Source: Octopus vulgaris
Lineage: Eukaryota
Assembly (NCBI GenBank): GCA_951406725.2
Contig: OX597828.1
Coordinates: 52,328,001 to 52,392,000, forward strand
DNA length: 64,000 nucleotides
Reading direction: 5' to 3'
Part shown: positions 14,580 to 29,185 of the stretch, piece by piece
Numbering within the stretch: the first letter of the stretch is position 1
Layout: every line of letters starts with the position of its first letter
Position numbers and translations under genes: made by a program
The notes under the pieces: generated by a model
What the model was told of the DNA's origin: nothing
Seen by the model: the letters and a program-made list of their open reading frames with translations, nothing else
Databases searched by the model: none

Positions 14580-15341
14580 TAATAATCGGGGAAAGCAACC
14601 TTTTATTCAACGACAGTTTAATTGCCGTGTAGACAACGCTAGATTTCATATTGTGGTTCCAATACGCCACAGTCATTGCTCATAAACTATAATTATTGTT
14701 ATTGTTTGTGACGATTTTACCGTCGCAAGCGGCCATCTTGCTTGGCATGTTTTTCGGTCGGCCATCTTATATATTATACATTATATTTAATAAGGCGCTT
14801 TTTCACTGACGTTAAATGTAAGCTAGCGCCTTTTCTGCACACCCCGACCGCGCAATTTTATCCCCCCCCCACACCTTAGCCTGTCTCTCTTTTATTCTCT
14901 CTACGCATCTTTCTTCTTTTTCTTTGTCTTATTTACTTTCTATATCACTTCTTTCTTTCTATTACTCTTTCCTTTTATGCTCAGTGTTATTATGTTGTTT
15001 TTTTTATTAATTTCTTTCCAGCAAACTTTCTACGTTTCTATCACTCTATCTAATTTCTCTCTTTGCCTGACATTAAGTGTGTGTATATATGTGTGTGTAC
15101 GTGTGTATGCATGAGTTTGTGTGTGTGTGTGTATGTGTGTATGCATGAGTTTGTGCGTGCGTTTGTGCATGCATTTGTGTATATGTACGAGAATAAGCTT
15201 ACGTTGCGTCAGTGCTTGTCAAACCGAGAGGAAAAGAGAGAAAAACGAGAAGAGGAACAGCGAGAACATTGAAACTTTTGGTATTAATGGTGAATATATC
15301 TGTTTGGGTGTGTATGCCTGTATGCAAGTGAGTGTGTTTGA

Positions 15342-15403
<62 letters not shown>

Positions 15404-15539
15404 CTCCACTCAGACTTTTCCATAATACCTAATTTTCAATCATTGCGCATTATCGGTCACTCGATACAGATTTAAAAATCTGTTCAGTCTGCTCTTAAAA
15501 GACCATCCTAAATGCTACTATTTTCTCCCTTGTGCTTCG

Positions 15540-15670
<131 letters not shown>

Positions 15671-15979
15671 TTTATAAACATATATATATATATATATACA
15701 TTCATATTTGTGTGTGAATATGTGTGTATACACACATAGACATATATATTCGTGTATATATATATATATATATATATACATACATACATACATACATATA
15801 CATATATGCATACATGTCTGTGTGTCTTATATCTAAATCTTTATGTGTGTGTATATTTGTGGGTGTATATCTGTGGGTGGGTATGTATGTGCCTGTGTGT
15901 TGGTGTGTACGCTTTTACACACATTATAGATATATGTATATGGAACTACATATACATATAAGAGGAGTAAAAAAGAACA

Positions 15980-16013
<34 letters not shown>

Positions 16014-16283
16014 GGAGGATTTCGAGTTTGTTGAATTAAGGAGTGCGAGAGAACTTGGTTAAAGCTGTCCACTTTTCTTGAAGTTCATGGCAGTGATTCA
16101 GTTGTCATTGATAATTATCATTAATGGGAGATATTAATTGTTAAGCTTGCTTATTGCACTGATACAATGTGATGTTATAGCTGCGGTGCTTATAGCAATT
16201 CTAGAGCTCCATTGAAATGGATGCAGTGACAGAAATTCATCCACACATTTGTAGAAAAGTACACACGCACACACTATATATAC

Positions 16284-16342
<59 letters not shown>

Positions 16343-16588
16343 TATTTATATGTATATATATATATGTGTGTGTGTATGTATATATGTATATATATATATA
16401 TGTGTATATACATATATATATGTATATATATATGTATATATATATATGTATATATATATGGCATATGATATATATATGATATATACATATATACATACAT
16501 ATATATGTGTGTGTGCATGTGCATAGGTTCGTACAAGCATATATTTACTGATATAGACGTATCAATAAACAAAGAGACAACTAAACAC

Positions 16589-16646
<58 letters not shown>

Positions 16647-16784
16647 TCACATATATCTCACATTTATAGGGAGATGAAAAATGGACAGATAGAGTAGTGT
16701 ATTATGTTGGGAGATGGAGACGTAGAGTGGTAGATGGAAAGAGAGAAAGACATATAGACAAACAGGCTAACAGAAAGTTAGATA

Positions 16785-17192
16785 GGCGCAGGAGTGGCTG
16801 TGTGGTAAGTAGCTTGCTAACCAACCACATGGTTCCGGGTTCAGTCCCACTGCGTGGCATCTTGGGCAAGTGTCTTCTGCTATAGCCCCGGGCCGACCAA
16901 TGCCTTGTGAGTGGATTTGGGAGACGGAAATGGAAAAAGCCTGTCGTATATATGTATTTATATATATATGTGTGTGTATGTGTTTGTGTGTCTGTGTTTG
17001 TCCCCCTAGCATTGCTTGACAACCAATGCTGGTATGTTTACGTCCCCGTCACTTAGCGGTTCGGCAAAAGAGACCGATAGAATAAGTCCTGGGCTTACAA
17101 AGAATAAGTCCCGGGGTCGATTTACTCGACTAAAGGCGGTGCTCCAGCATGGCCGCAGTCAAATGACTGAAACAAGTAAAAGAGTAAAAGAG
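16785..17192 (+). mobile_element. SINE family A, full length, with target-site duplication
   Basis: Complete head, body and tail; flanks ACAGAAAGTTAGATA (16770-16784) and ACAGATGGTTAGATA (17193-17207) match at 13/15. Confidence 0.93.
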
Positions 17193-17508
17193 ACAGATGG
17201 TTAGATAAAAAGATAAACAGATACGTTGAGAGAAAGAAAGAGAACTAGAGAGAGAGAGAGAGAGAGAGAGAACTAGAGAGAGAGAAAGGGGGAGAGAGAG
17301 GGAGGGAGGGAGAAACTGAGAGAATAAGAAAATAAGAAATGGAGAAGCGTATGTGAAGAAAAAGTGTAACTACGTGGTCAGAGTGTGTTCTCAGACTATT
17401 GTTCGACGCACCACGCACCATTTCGACTTTTTACTAAAATCTCTCCTCGACGACTGGACAAAGTATGTAAAGATATATATATATGTGCGTGTGTTTCTAT
17501 TATTATTA

Positions 17509-17604
<96 letters not shown>

Positions 17605-17984
17605 TTGAATGTAAGAGCAGCGCATGCCATCAAGGTGGACACTGGGGTACAATTATACGAAGCCCAGTATACCCATCATGACTACCCGTCTGATAAGGGT
17701 ACACCAGGCACATGCATCACAATCACATGTATGCAACATAGTGTTCGCATATCAAGATGAACAGCACATGACCTTGCAGGTGGGACACAGTTAGTATTTT
17801 CTTCAGTTCGATTAAAAAAACTTGATCTTCTCCCGTCAAGGGTTCGGGAGCTGCATGAAACTTTGTTATTCACAAAATGCCCACTATAAGAGATGGTTTC
17901 AAGTAACAAAAGTGTAGTAAAGGTAACGTCAGTGCCCCAGTATGGCTGCAGGTCTCCAGCTGAAACTAATACATAAGACATATA

Positions 17985-19227
17985 CAGGGGCTAGAGAAAT
18001 AATGGAAACATCTAGCATCGTAGCATCATAATTTTGAAATGTCTATAAAACAGTCAAAAGCTTTTTGATTTACTATTAATGTTATTTAATATGTTTTGCT
18101 AAAATTGCTCTTTCTTTTCAGATATTTTCAGAAAGAGGTAATTAAAATTCATTAAAATGACATATCTATCGAACTTTCAAAGAGGTCAGATAGTTGGCTC
18201 TCGTGTGGCAGGCGATAGCGTAACGAAAATAGCCGAAATGTTTGATGTATCAAGAAGTACTGTTTCGAAAGTTATGACTGCTTTTGAGAAAGCGGGAAAA
18301 ACATCCTCGTCGAAACAAAACTTCAGAAGAAAACCAAAACTTTCAGATAGGGACCGTCGGACTCATATGCAAATTGTTGAAATAATCACAAAAATACAGC
18401 CCCCAAAATTACTGCAGGGTTTAATGACCACCCTGAGAAACCAGTTCCGACAAAAGCTGTTCGCCGGGAGCTGCACAAAGCCGGATTTCACGGGAGGACT
18501 GCAATCAGAAAACTACTGCTTTCAAAAACAAACGCTGCAAAGCGTTCAGAGTGGAGTAAAAACCTACGGAATTGGTCCCTAGAGCAGTGTTATTTTCTCG
18601 GACTAGTCATCCTTTAACTTATTTCCGACCACCGGCCCAGTATACGTGTAGAGACAGCCAAAAGAAGCATTTGACACAGACTGCCTTTTTCCACCTGTTA
18701 AACATTGAGAAGGATCTGTGATGATATGGGGAGGGGCTATATCTTGGAAATCCGCCGTTCCAATGATTTCCCTTCATGGCAGAATTAATAGTCTAGTCTA
18801 TTTAAGAATTTTATCTGATCAAATTCATCCTATGGCTGCGGAACTGTTTCGGGAGGGAAACACAATCTTTCAGGATGATAACGCACCAATTCATACAGCT
18901 AAATTTGAATAGCACGAGGAACATTCTAGTAAAGATGAATATCTTATATGGCCACCACAGTCCCCAGATCTCAATAATATTGAACATTTGTGGTACATTA
19001 AAAAAATACAAGTAAGGAGTCGATATCCTCCACCATCATCACTACAAGAACTGGAGACTGTTCTATCCGAGGAATAAACAAAATTCCCTTGGAAATAATT
19101 CAAACTTTGTACGTGACCATACCTCGTAGAATTCAAGCTGTAATTACTGCCAAAGGCAGTCGTACCCCATATTAAAATAAATTTGTCTGAAATTTTAAGG
19201 TGTTTCCATTATTTTGTCCAACCACTG
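17985..19227 (+). mobile_element. Tc1-family DNA transposon, full length, inactive
   Basis: TIRs CAGGGGCTAGAGAAATAATGGAAACATCT and (reverse complement) CAGTGGTTGGACAAAATAATGGAAACACCT; TA on the left flank; ~1.24 kb; encloses a transposase pseudogene. Confidence 0.93.
18157..19175 (+). pseudogene. Tc1 DD34E-type transposase with frameshifts and stops
   Basis: HTH segment LSNFQRGQIVG...IAEMFDVSRSTVSKV, then GSVMIWG, IFQDDNAPIHTAK, WPPQSPDLNNIEHLW and terminal KGSRTPY*, spread across several frames. Confidence 0.92.
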
Positions 19228-19243
19228 CATATATACATACATA

Positions 19244-19294
<51 letters not shown>

Positions 19295-19446
19295 ACTTTC
19301 GAAAATCTGGAGTCGTAAATCTGATTCACGAAATATGCTATTTCACTCTTATATTCATTTTCTTTCACTCTCACACTCATACGCAAGTCCACGCACGGAT
19401 ACAATCAGAACCATTTACAGACAAACATTTATATATGTGTGTGTGC

Positions 19447-19505
<59 letters not shown>

Positions 19506-20821
19506 TGTATGTATGTATGTATGTATGTATGTATGTGTATGCATATGTAAGATTTATGAGAGTAGTGGATTAGACATCGATTCCCTTATAAGCGTAAATT
19601 TCACTGTCTCTTCGGATGAACTGGCAAAAATGTAAATCCACCTTCATTTTTATAAAAATTGAAATAATAAGGAAGACTTTTTATTTCAAATGATTTGGGG
19701 ATTATCCACCATGCTTCTTCTATACTTCTTCAGAAGCAAGCGATTTTCGGAGTAAATATCAACTACCCCGAACAATAATTCTAGAAGTATTACTGAATTC
19801 CACGAGGACTGACATTCAGGTTTAAGTGTCAAGTTGATGGCGAAGGGATTTGAACCTACGCGATGAAGTTACGAAACAAAATACTGTGAGTTAGTAACGC
19901 TGAATCTCTTCCATATCTCCAATTCCGTCTTTCTGGTTGAGTTCTTTCTTTGGTAATTAAGTGGTTTTAATTAAGCATCAACCATTTGGGGGTACATCAT
20001 AAGGACAAACTTTATTTAATGACGTGATGTATGTTGATTTAGCTTTCTCTGGGGAAAGAAAACATTAGCCGCGTAAATGAAACAGCGAAAACCTTGCCAA
20101 ATCCTAGAAGGCTTTAATCCAGCACTTTACCATTTGTGGCATCCACCATGCTCATCAATTTAATAATAATAATAACTTATAAAATTTGAAATAATAAGGA
20201 TTTCTAAGATTGGCGCATGGCCAAACATTTTGAGTGAGTTATGTTGTCGACTTTAATGTAACTCCATTACAAGGCTTTCACTGGTTCTTATTTTATGGAA
20301 CCCAAAGGGATAAAATCAAAGTTAATTGTGCCAGGATTTGATCTTAGAATATGAGGGAATGCAATCAAATTTCGCTGGGTATTTTCGCTATCATTCTACC
20401 AATTCAACCATCCACTGCTCTCTTAGTACCATTGGTTCATGATTTAGGCACAAGATGAGTAGCTATCAAGGGAGAGATTCGTCGATGCCATTGATCTCAG
20501 TACTGGACTGGTAATTCGACCCCTAAAATACAAATGGCAAAGCTGACTTCGGAGACGTTTGAACCCAAAGCGTAAAGGCTGTGGAGAAATCAGCAAAATA
20601 ATTTCTCAACGCGTAAATGATTCTCTCGGTTCCCCGCCCTTATGCTGGGGAGAGAGTATCGATTTAACATTTGGAGATGACGAGCGATGACTTTATGGAC
20701 TCTTCTAATTATCTGGCACTATTTCGTTGACCCTGGTGGAATGAAGTCTCAAACGCCAATATAATCTATGTGACTTCTTTGTATCTTTCTTGTATAGACA
20801 GAAAAAAAAACTGATCATGAC

Positions 20822-20943
20822 TAGACGTGTGGAGACAGCCAAAAGAAGCATTTGACTCAGGCTGCCTTCTTCCAACTGTTAAACATGGAGGAAGATCTGT
20901 GATGATATAGAGTTGGCAGAATTAATAGTCAAGTCTATTTAAG
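20822..20943 (+). mobile_element. Internal fragment of the same Tc1 family
   Basis: GAGACAGCCAAAAGAAGCATTTGAC...CTGTTAAACAT...TCTGTGATGATAT...GGCAGAATTAATAGTC matches 18641-18806 with an internal deletion. Confidence 0.85.
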
Positions 20944-22151
20944 CCTGATGTGTGGGTCAGGATGAAGTTATCCAACAGGGTACCGGGTTTGAATACTTGC
21001 AAAGAAGAGGACTTTAGTGCAAAGGGCTTACAAGGTGCTAGGTGATGGTGTTACATCGGATAATGGTCTAATAGACTTGCAATGGAGACCATGGCATGAT
21101 TTCAAAGACGAATGCAAGCGTCAGGACAATTGTGGTAAGACAACTCGTCCAAAATTCCTAAAGTTCTGCCAATCCACCGCCTGAAATTGGTTTTCATTTT
21201 TTTAAGGAGGAAAATCAAAGTTGACCTTCACGAGATTTGAACCCTTGTACAAAAAGTAGAAACAAACACCAGGAAGTATTCTATCCGATGCTCTGACAGC
21301 TCATCTAACTCAATGACAAATCATTGTTTATATGTAGCCCCTCAACTTCCGCAATCTGAAAAAAAGTAAAATAGTATAATGTGGTGCATGCTACTTGCTA
21401 CAAATCATTCATTCTCCAGAACCAGAGCCGTTAATTTTTCTCACTTGTTTATTAATTTTGCTGAAGTTTCTTCGAAAGCTTCTATCACACAAACAAAGAC
21501 ACGCCCCCCCCCCCCATAAACACACGCATTGATCGGCTATTTCATAGGTGACTCCACTAAACATGAAACTTGAAGTAAATCACTGACAGTAATTCACACA
21601 AAATACTTTACATTATGTTATGTATTAAATACTTCGATGGTACACATGAAAATTCCATGCAGGTTTATGTAAATATACGCGTGTATATGTATATGTGTAT
21701 ATATTTGTGTGTGTCTGTGTGTCTGTGTATGTGCGTGTAATGGAGGAATATGCCTATTTAATAGTTTACCGCATATAAAGTTCCGACATATGTTTCTTTT
21801 GTGCATTTGTTTCAGTATCTTTGTTTAGATTAAAACAAAGTGTTTAGAAAATATCTGCCTGGATTTTGAAATCGTTATTCTTGTTTGAAATCACAAATTC
21901 TTGGATTTTTTTATATACATGCAATCATACATACACACACACACGCACACACATATCCATAATACATAACTATGTATATATATAAAATATATTTATATAA
22001 CGTATGTCATTAGCCAGCTGGGGGAGATTTCTTCCTAGGGCTATAAACTACAGTAGCATCGCCCCATATAGGTCAGCCACATTTAGGTGGCAAATATACT
22101 TCACGATTTCATGCTGCTACTGTTTACATCTTGCTCAGAGATTTATTATTG

Positions 22152-22186
<35 letters not shown>

Positions 22187-22556
22187 GCCACATACAAACA
22201 CACATATACACATAGATATAGATATGTATGTGTATGCGCACACATATACACATATACATCAAATTGTAATTATCCACGGCTACCGGCCACCGCTATTATA
22301 GCCAACATCACCATCATTACCACCACTACGACTGACATCACCATTATATACTGCCGCCGACTCCATCGCAGCAACAATGAATGGGGTAAGGGAATTATAC
22401 AGTCTATCTAATGACAGATAGTAAATAACAGCTTAATGAAGCTTAGTACGAACATTGTCACACATACATTCACACCCCTACAGCCTGTATAATGGTATCG
22501 ACTGATTATAAGATTGACCGCTTCCAGCAGCCTTTCATCAAACTCCCAATCTCTGA

Positions 22557-22643
<87 letters not shown>

Positions 22644-22980
22644 GTTCTATCAATCAAGCTTGCAGCGTATGCGTATGTATTCATGTATGTATGCATTCAT
22701 GTATGCATGTATGTATGCATGTATGTGTGTATGTATGTATGTATGTATGTATGTATGTATGCATATATGCATGTGCGCACATGGACTTGTTAGTTTTTTC
22801 TTCTATGTAAATACGCACCTATCAACATAGGTATACACATATATACACCCCCTTCATGTACACACACATACACATATTGGTATAATACACACTCACACAC
22901 ACACGAACACATATAGAGAAAGAGAGGGGGAGACAGTGACATATACATACATACCTAACTACATCGCTAGCTCCAAAAGT

Positions 22981-23077
22981 TTTTTTTTATTCTGTTTATT
23001 TTCTTGTGTTCCTTTCAGTTGAAGAGCGTAGGCTCGAAACGTAAACAACTTTCTCACCTCTTCGAGCGTTAAACTAC
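22981..23077 (+). mobile_element. PLE 3'-end fragment containing a degenerate minimal hammerhead (23012-23047)
   Basis: CTTT-CAGTTGA-A-GAGC-GTAG-GCTC-GAAAC-GTA; homologous to 57640-57735 on the minus strand. Confidence 0.75.
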
Positions 23078-23225
23078 ATACATACATGCATGCATACATA
23101 CATACATACATACATACATACATACATACATACATACATACATACATACATACATACATACATACATACATACATACATACATGCATACACACAGACACA
23201 CACAATCACACATACACACATATAC

Positions 23226-23568
23226 CTTTTATCTTTTACTTGTTTCAGACATCAGTCTGTAGCCATGCTGGAGCACCGAACGAATCAATCCTGGAACCTC
23301 GATCTTTTCTAAAGCCTGGTACTTATTCTGTTGGTTCATTTTTCTGAACCGCTAATTTACGGGGTCATAAACACACCAACCACAGTTGTTAAGCGTTGGT
23401 CTGGGACAAACACAGACATAAAATCTCTCTTTCTCTCTCTCTCCCAAACACATGCACACATACACAAACACATGCATACATATACGATGGCTTCCTTCAG
23501 TTTCCCTCTAGCAAATCCACTCACATGGCTTTCGTCGTCCCAAGGCCACAGTGGAAGACACTCCCGAA
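23226..23568 (-). mobile_element. SINE family A, degenerate
   Basis: Reverse complement of the tail (CTTTTACTTGTTTCAG...GCCATGCTGGAGCACCG) and body (AAATCCACTCACA.GGCTTT). Confidence 0.8.
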
Positions 23569-24112
23569 TCTCTTTACCATATCTAACTCAAGTGAATAGA
23601 ACTTAAACTGCGAATTATTCATCCAAGACTAGGTCTACGGCATCAAGAATGGCTATAATTGAAATCCAAAACGAGCTGAGGTGTGTACATGTGTGTTTGT
23701 GTGTGCGTATGTGTGTATGCTTGTGTGTGTGAGTGTCTTAAGCCTAAAAGGAATATATCAATGTGTGTGTGTGTATAAGAAGTTTCTATGTATGTCCGTA
23801 CCTATTATAATGTATCTATGTACATATCTATGATTATATTTATGGATTGTAACTGATAGATCGACCAATGGCCCTTTATTAAATATTCAAGCAATAATAA
23901 AAAGTAAGCAAATAAAAAAAAACCAACAAAATAAGTAAATAAATGGCGAATCGTCAAATTACCAAGTGTTACATAATTAGAAGGCTGAAACGAGAACTAG
24001 GGTCCGTAAGAGTCACTAAAATCCTTGACTCTTTTGCGACAGCATGGCCGCAATCCCATTAATGAAACTAGCAAAAGAATATTAATATAACCTTTAGTGA
24101 TCCGTCTCCCCA

Positions 24113-24148
<36 letters not shown>

Positions 24149-24319
24149 TTCGTTCTCGCTTACAATAAAAATGTCCCTGTATCCCCTCTCTCTCTCTTTC
24201 TATCCCCCTCTCTTTCTTTGTCTTTCTTGTATACACAGAATACATAAATACATATATACATACATATATACTTACATCCATTTATATATATATACTTACA
24301 TATATATAAACTTAGATGA

Positions 24320-24363
<44 letters not shown>

Positions 24364-24739
24364 GCACACACACACATGCGAAAGTGTGTTGAAAAACTAA
24401 CAAACACATACATGATCATATAAAGTAGTAAATATCCACCACTCATAAGCGTAAACACAGACACACATACACACTGACTTCATCGACCTTAGCCGGAGGC
24501 CATATTGTGTCAAGATGTCAGACCACATTATGTAAAACAAGAGCTAAGATTTCTATTTCATTTCGCTAAAATACTAATTATCAAGCGCATGTGAGCTTTG
24601 CTGTATACACATGTGAACGTTTAGGTAGTGTCCCAGTGTGTACGACATACCCCGGGAAATCCTCCCTTTCTCCTCTTTCTCTTTTTCTCTCTCTTTCTTT
24701 CATCTTTTCACCCTTTCGCTTAATCTATCATTCTATCTC

Positions 24740-24822
<83 letters not shown>

Positions 24823-25139
24823 GAGGACCTGTTAATATGCTTATGTCTGTGTGTGTGTGCGTGATATTATATATATATATATATATATATATAAATGGCG
24901 GTGCCCCAGCATGGCCACAGCTCATGAGCTGAAACTAGAATCAATCAATCAATCAATCATATATATATATATCTGTAGATACATGGATATGCGTGTTATG
25001 TATTCTCTCTATCTGCAATATGACAAATTTAAAATTATTCTAATACATATATATGTGTGTATGTGTTATGCATACCTTGATGTGTATGATCCACACCGCT
25101 TTTCTTTTTCTATTCTTTTTATATATTTGAATAAGTTGA

Positions 25140-25400
25140 GGTGCGTGACCTGTTTGATTTCCTTAGAGTGCAAATTTTTAAAGCGCAGATGGCTAGAACC
25201 TCAGCCACTAAAACTGCTGAATTATTTTAATATTTCACGTGATACCGTGTCCATAATTGTGCTGGCATTCCAAAACCAGGTGAAAACAAATTCTGGCCTG
25301 CATTATTCTGAATTGAAGGCAAAGCTCACGGTGAGGGATCGCAGAAGCCTTTGATTGTATTCGAAATCCATCGAACTGCGGCAGAAAAGTGACAGTACAC
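25140..25400 (+). pseudogene. Old Tc1 transposase N-terminal fragment
   Basis: DLFDFLRVQIFKAQMARTSATKTAELF / ISRDTVSIIVLAFQNQVKT / KLTVRDRRSL parallels the N-terminus of the 18157 transposase (…KIAEMFDVSRSTVSKVMTAFEKAGKT…KLSDRDRRT). Confidence 0.7.
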
Positions 25401-26820
25401 ACAAACCACTATGTTGCTGTGTGTCAACAGAAACCATTTTTAGTTTGTTCCATAAGGTAGAACAACATTAGGGAACCGCAATTACTCAAACTCTCCTGTC
25501 AGACATCAATGTCGACAAGCGAAAAGCAAAAATGGTGTCTAGATTATTAGAATTAATTAAAGGTGCACAGAAACAGTGTTAAATCGGCTCGTGAGTGGCC
25601 ATTGATTATTTTCTCTACTTCGTGGGAAAATTTATGTTTGGAAGTGAAAACAAAGAAGTCTTCATTTCTGAGTCCATTTGGTCCCTAACAAGAAGCATAG
25701 AAGTAGCACTGGGATGATTTGGGGAAACAATGTCAGGGATTTATCTAGGCCCTTTAGTTGCTCCAGATGACAGAGGAAGTAACAAGGTTTCATATCTAAG
25801 CTTATATACTTGCTAGATACCCATACGTACACAGCCGCACGTACACGCATATATACGTGCATGCTGATAAATATATGTATATGTGCGTGCATATATGTAT
25901 GTGAGTGTATGTATGTGTGTGTATGTATGTATGTATATACATACATACATACACACACACATATATTGATGACGCAAAAAATAATATATATGAATGAATA
26001 TCTGTGTATATATATATATCTGTGTGTATATACAGTGACTGGATTCGTGTTTTTGCGATCGTATCTACAGCGACACCGATACACGTGTGTGAATAACGTG
26101 TGTACACACTCTTGTTCATTACGATAGGAGTCACATGACCAGGCGCCTGTTCTAGCTTTGCAGGAATAACACCACCACTCTCATCAATATAAGCTATCAT
26201 CATCATCATCATCATCATTATCATCATCACAGCGCCACCGCCAACATCAACACCATCTCAATCACTATGGTGATAATGCTATCATGCTATCATCATTATT
26301 ACACCGCTGTCGACACCATCACTGCTATCATCACGCATACCACTACCACCAACACATCACCATACCACTGTCAGTACTATCACTTGTCTGACTGCTATCA
26401 TGATGTTGATGTGTTTAGATTAGTAGTATAGTTAACAGTGCTGATTGTAGCGGTGATAGTAGAGGTGGTGGTGTTGGTAGGAACGGGATAACAACAGTAG
26501 TTTTTATTTAGCTTCTGCTCAGCCGTTTTATTCTGAAAAATGTGAGAGCCATGACCATCTCGCCTATCTTCGGCTTCATTTTCCAGTGTATCCTTTCCCT
26601 TTGAAGAACGGGTTGTTAATTCGAGAGGGATTTAGCTGCTATTTCTTAAAAAGCAATGCGACCGCTTATAGATCGTCCGCGTTGTATTGTTAAATGTGTT
26701 TGGTAGATGAATTACTGTTGATTCTGCTAGTGCTATTGTTTAGCTCTTCGTCACATCTGGCGTGTATACATACACACACACAAATATACACACACGCACA
26801 CACACATACACACACACACA

Positions 26821-26881
<61 letters not shown>

Positions 26882-27058
26882 ATTGAAGTAGAAAAGAAAG
26901 AGTAAATTGTTTTTTTGCAAGACTAGATAAGAACATTTATATTCGCAATATAATTAAAGGTTCAGATTGTCTCTGATAGCTGCTTCTAAGATATCCCAGT
27001 TATTGGAACGTCATGTCGAGCAAAGATTCCATATGCTGAGTTTAACCTATCTCTCAAC

Positions 27059-27107
<49 letters not shown>

Positions 27108-27276
27108 AAACATACGCAATAGTGGAAGAATTGGACAAAGGATCAGTTCTTCAGCAATTAAAGAACGCATCCATCGTCCGCGTCTACAGCCAAAGGAAAT
27201 TGGTGCGAATGTGGCAACCACAGACCAGTATCCTACTTTTCTGTGACTGGTAAGATTCTTGCATCTTCTTGAAAAC

Positions 27277-27508
27277 GGCGCGCTGGCAGAAACGCCAGTG
27301 CGCCTGGCGAAATGCTTAGCGATATTTCGCCTGCCGTTACGTTCTGAGTTCAAATTCCGACGAGGTCGACTTTGCCTTTCATACTTTTGGGGTCGATAAA
27401 TTAAGTACCAGTTACGCACTGGGGTCGATATAGTCGACTTAATCCGTCTGTCTATCCTTGTTTGTCCCCTCTGTGTGTAGCCCCTTGTGGGTAGTAATGA
27501 AATAGGTA
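27277..27508 (+). mobile_element. SINE family C, full length
   Basis: tRNA-like head with GAGTTCAAATTCC B box, central domain, and CCCCTTGTGGGTAGTAA.GAAATAGGTA tail. Confidence 0.9.
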
Positions 27509-28672
27509 AGATTCTTGAATGAGTTATTCTCAACAGGTTCAAAATTTCTCTTTCAGATGCACTGTTATTTGAAAATCAGTGTAGGTTTTTGTTCTGATAG
27601 AGGTACGCTTAAAGTATTTGTAAGTAAAAGCAAAATCATACAATAAGAAGCCCTACATATTTTTTCTTAGATCTCGCCGGGGAATTTGACACTGTATTTA
27701 GGGAGACTCTCTACAAAGTTCTAGTCAAACTTATTATACTTAAGCAAAATTTCATTATCTACTTTCACTTGGATCTATGGTCGAAAAACGCTTTTTAAGA
27801 TATTTTCGAGCATGTTGATGTCCAATTAAGAACAAATGAAAGACCACACAATCAATAACATTTTATGACTAAAGCAAAATTCACAATCTAGAAGATGCAT
27901 AACTTGCATTACTTTTTCTGATATTTCAGCAACTTCCGTGAAATAATTATTGAGAAAAAGACTAGACTTAGCAGCCACTCCTGGCATAGTAGTCCATCCT
28001 CGGTCATACCTAATTCTTTTCTTATGATAAGCAAATAAAACAGTTGATTCCTTCGTGTCTCTAGGCTCCACAGGCGCTATAGGTTCCAGCTGCGTGAAGA
28101 TGGATAAGAAAATACAATCCGTCCTACTTGACATTAGGTCAGCTTCATAACAGACTTGAGGTCGACTTTGCCTTTCATCCTTTCGAGGTCGATAAATTAA
28201 GTACCTGTTATGCACTGGGGTCGATATAATCGACTTAATCCGTCTGTCTGTCCTTGTTTGTACCCTCTGTGTGTAGCCCCTTGTGGGTAGTAAAGAAATA
28301 GGTGAGATTCTTGCATGAGTTATTCTCAACAGGTTCAAAATTTCTCTTTCAGATGCACTGGTATGTGAAAATCAGTGTAGGTTCTTGTTCTGATAGAGGT
28401 ACGCTTAAAGTATTTGTAAGTATAAGCAAAATCATACAATAAGAAGCCCTAAATAGTTTTTCTTAGATCTCACCATGGAATTTGGCACTGTATTTAGGGA
28501 GACTGTGTGAAATTTCTAGCCAAATTTATTGTCCCTCACCACACACAACATTTCATTATCTACTTTCACTTGGATCTATGGTCGAAGAAAGCTTTTTAAG
28601 ATATTTCCCGAGCATGTTGATGAACAAATGAAAGACCACACAATCAATAACATTTTATGTCTAAAGCAAAAT
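27362..28672 (+). repeat. Local direct duplication of ~515 bp (27362-27880 and 28158-28672)
   Basis: Both copies run from GAGGTCGACTTTGCC inside SINE C through ~370 bp of flank to CTAAAGCAAAAT, with scattered substitutions and indels. Confidence 0.92.
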
Positions 28673-29073
28673 GGTTTCACTTAGTTCGAGCACCCACCCC
28701 ACCATCATTTGTTCGATGACTGCGCATTTGTAGAACTTACAACTGTAACTTCTATAAGATGCGGTAAACGCTTAGTTGAGTACCAGAGTAAGATCCTATA
28801 GCTTCATCAGAGCCTTGAATATGAAGTGCGCTTTATTTGGTAAAGTTACATTTTCAGAGCTTAGAGGCGTTATGAGTGAGGAAGTTTATGTAGATGGCTA
28901 TTGTAAGTTCAATCCCAACGCACTTCCTCAAATAACTTTCGGACTTTCCGGTGTCATCTCTTTGCATCTGTACACACACACACACGCGCACGCTCATACG
29001 CATATATATGTATGTAGATATATGAACATATAAATACACACACACATATATGCATATACACACACACACAAAC

Positions 29074-29185
<112 letters not shown>

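Noticed and set aside
17603-17810. Complex segment following (TAG)n, possibly an interspersed repeat
   Set aside because: Single occurrence here with no diagnostic termini or coding motif.
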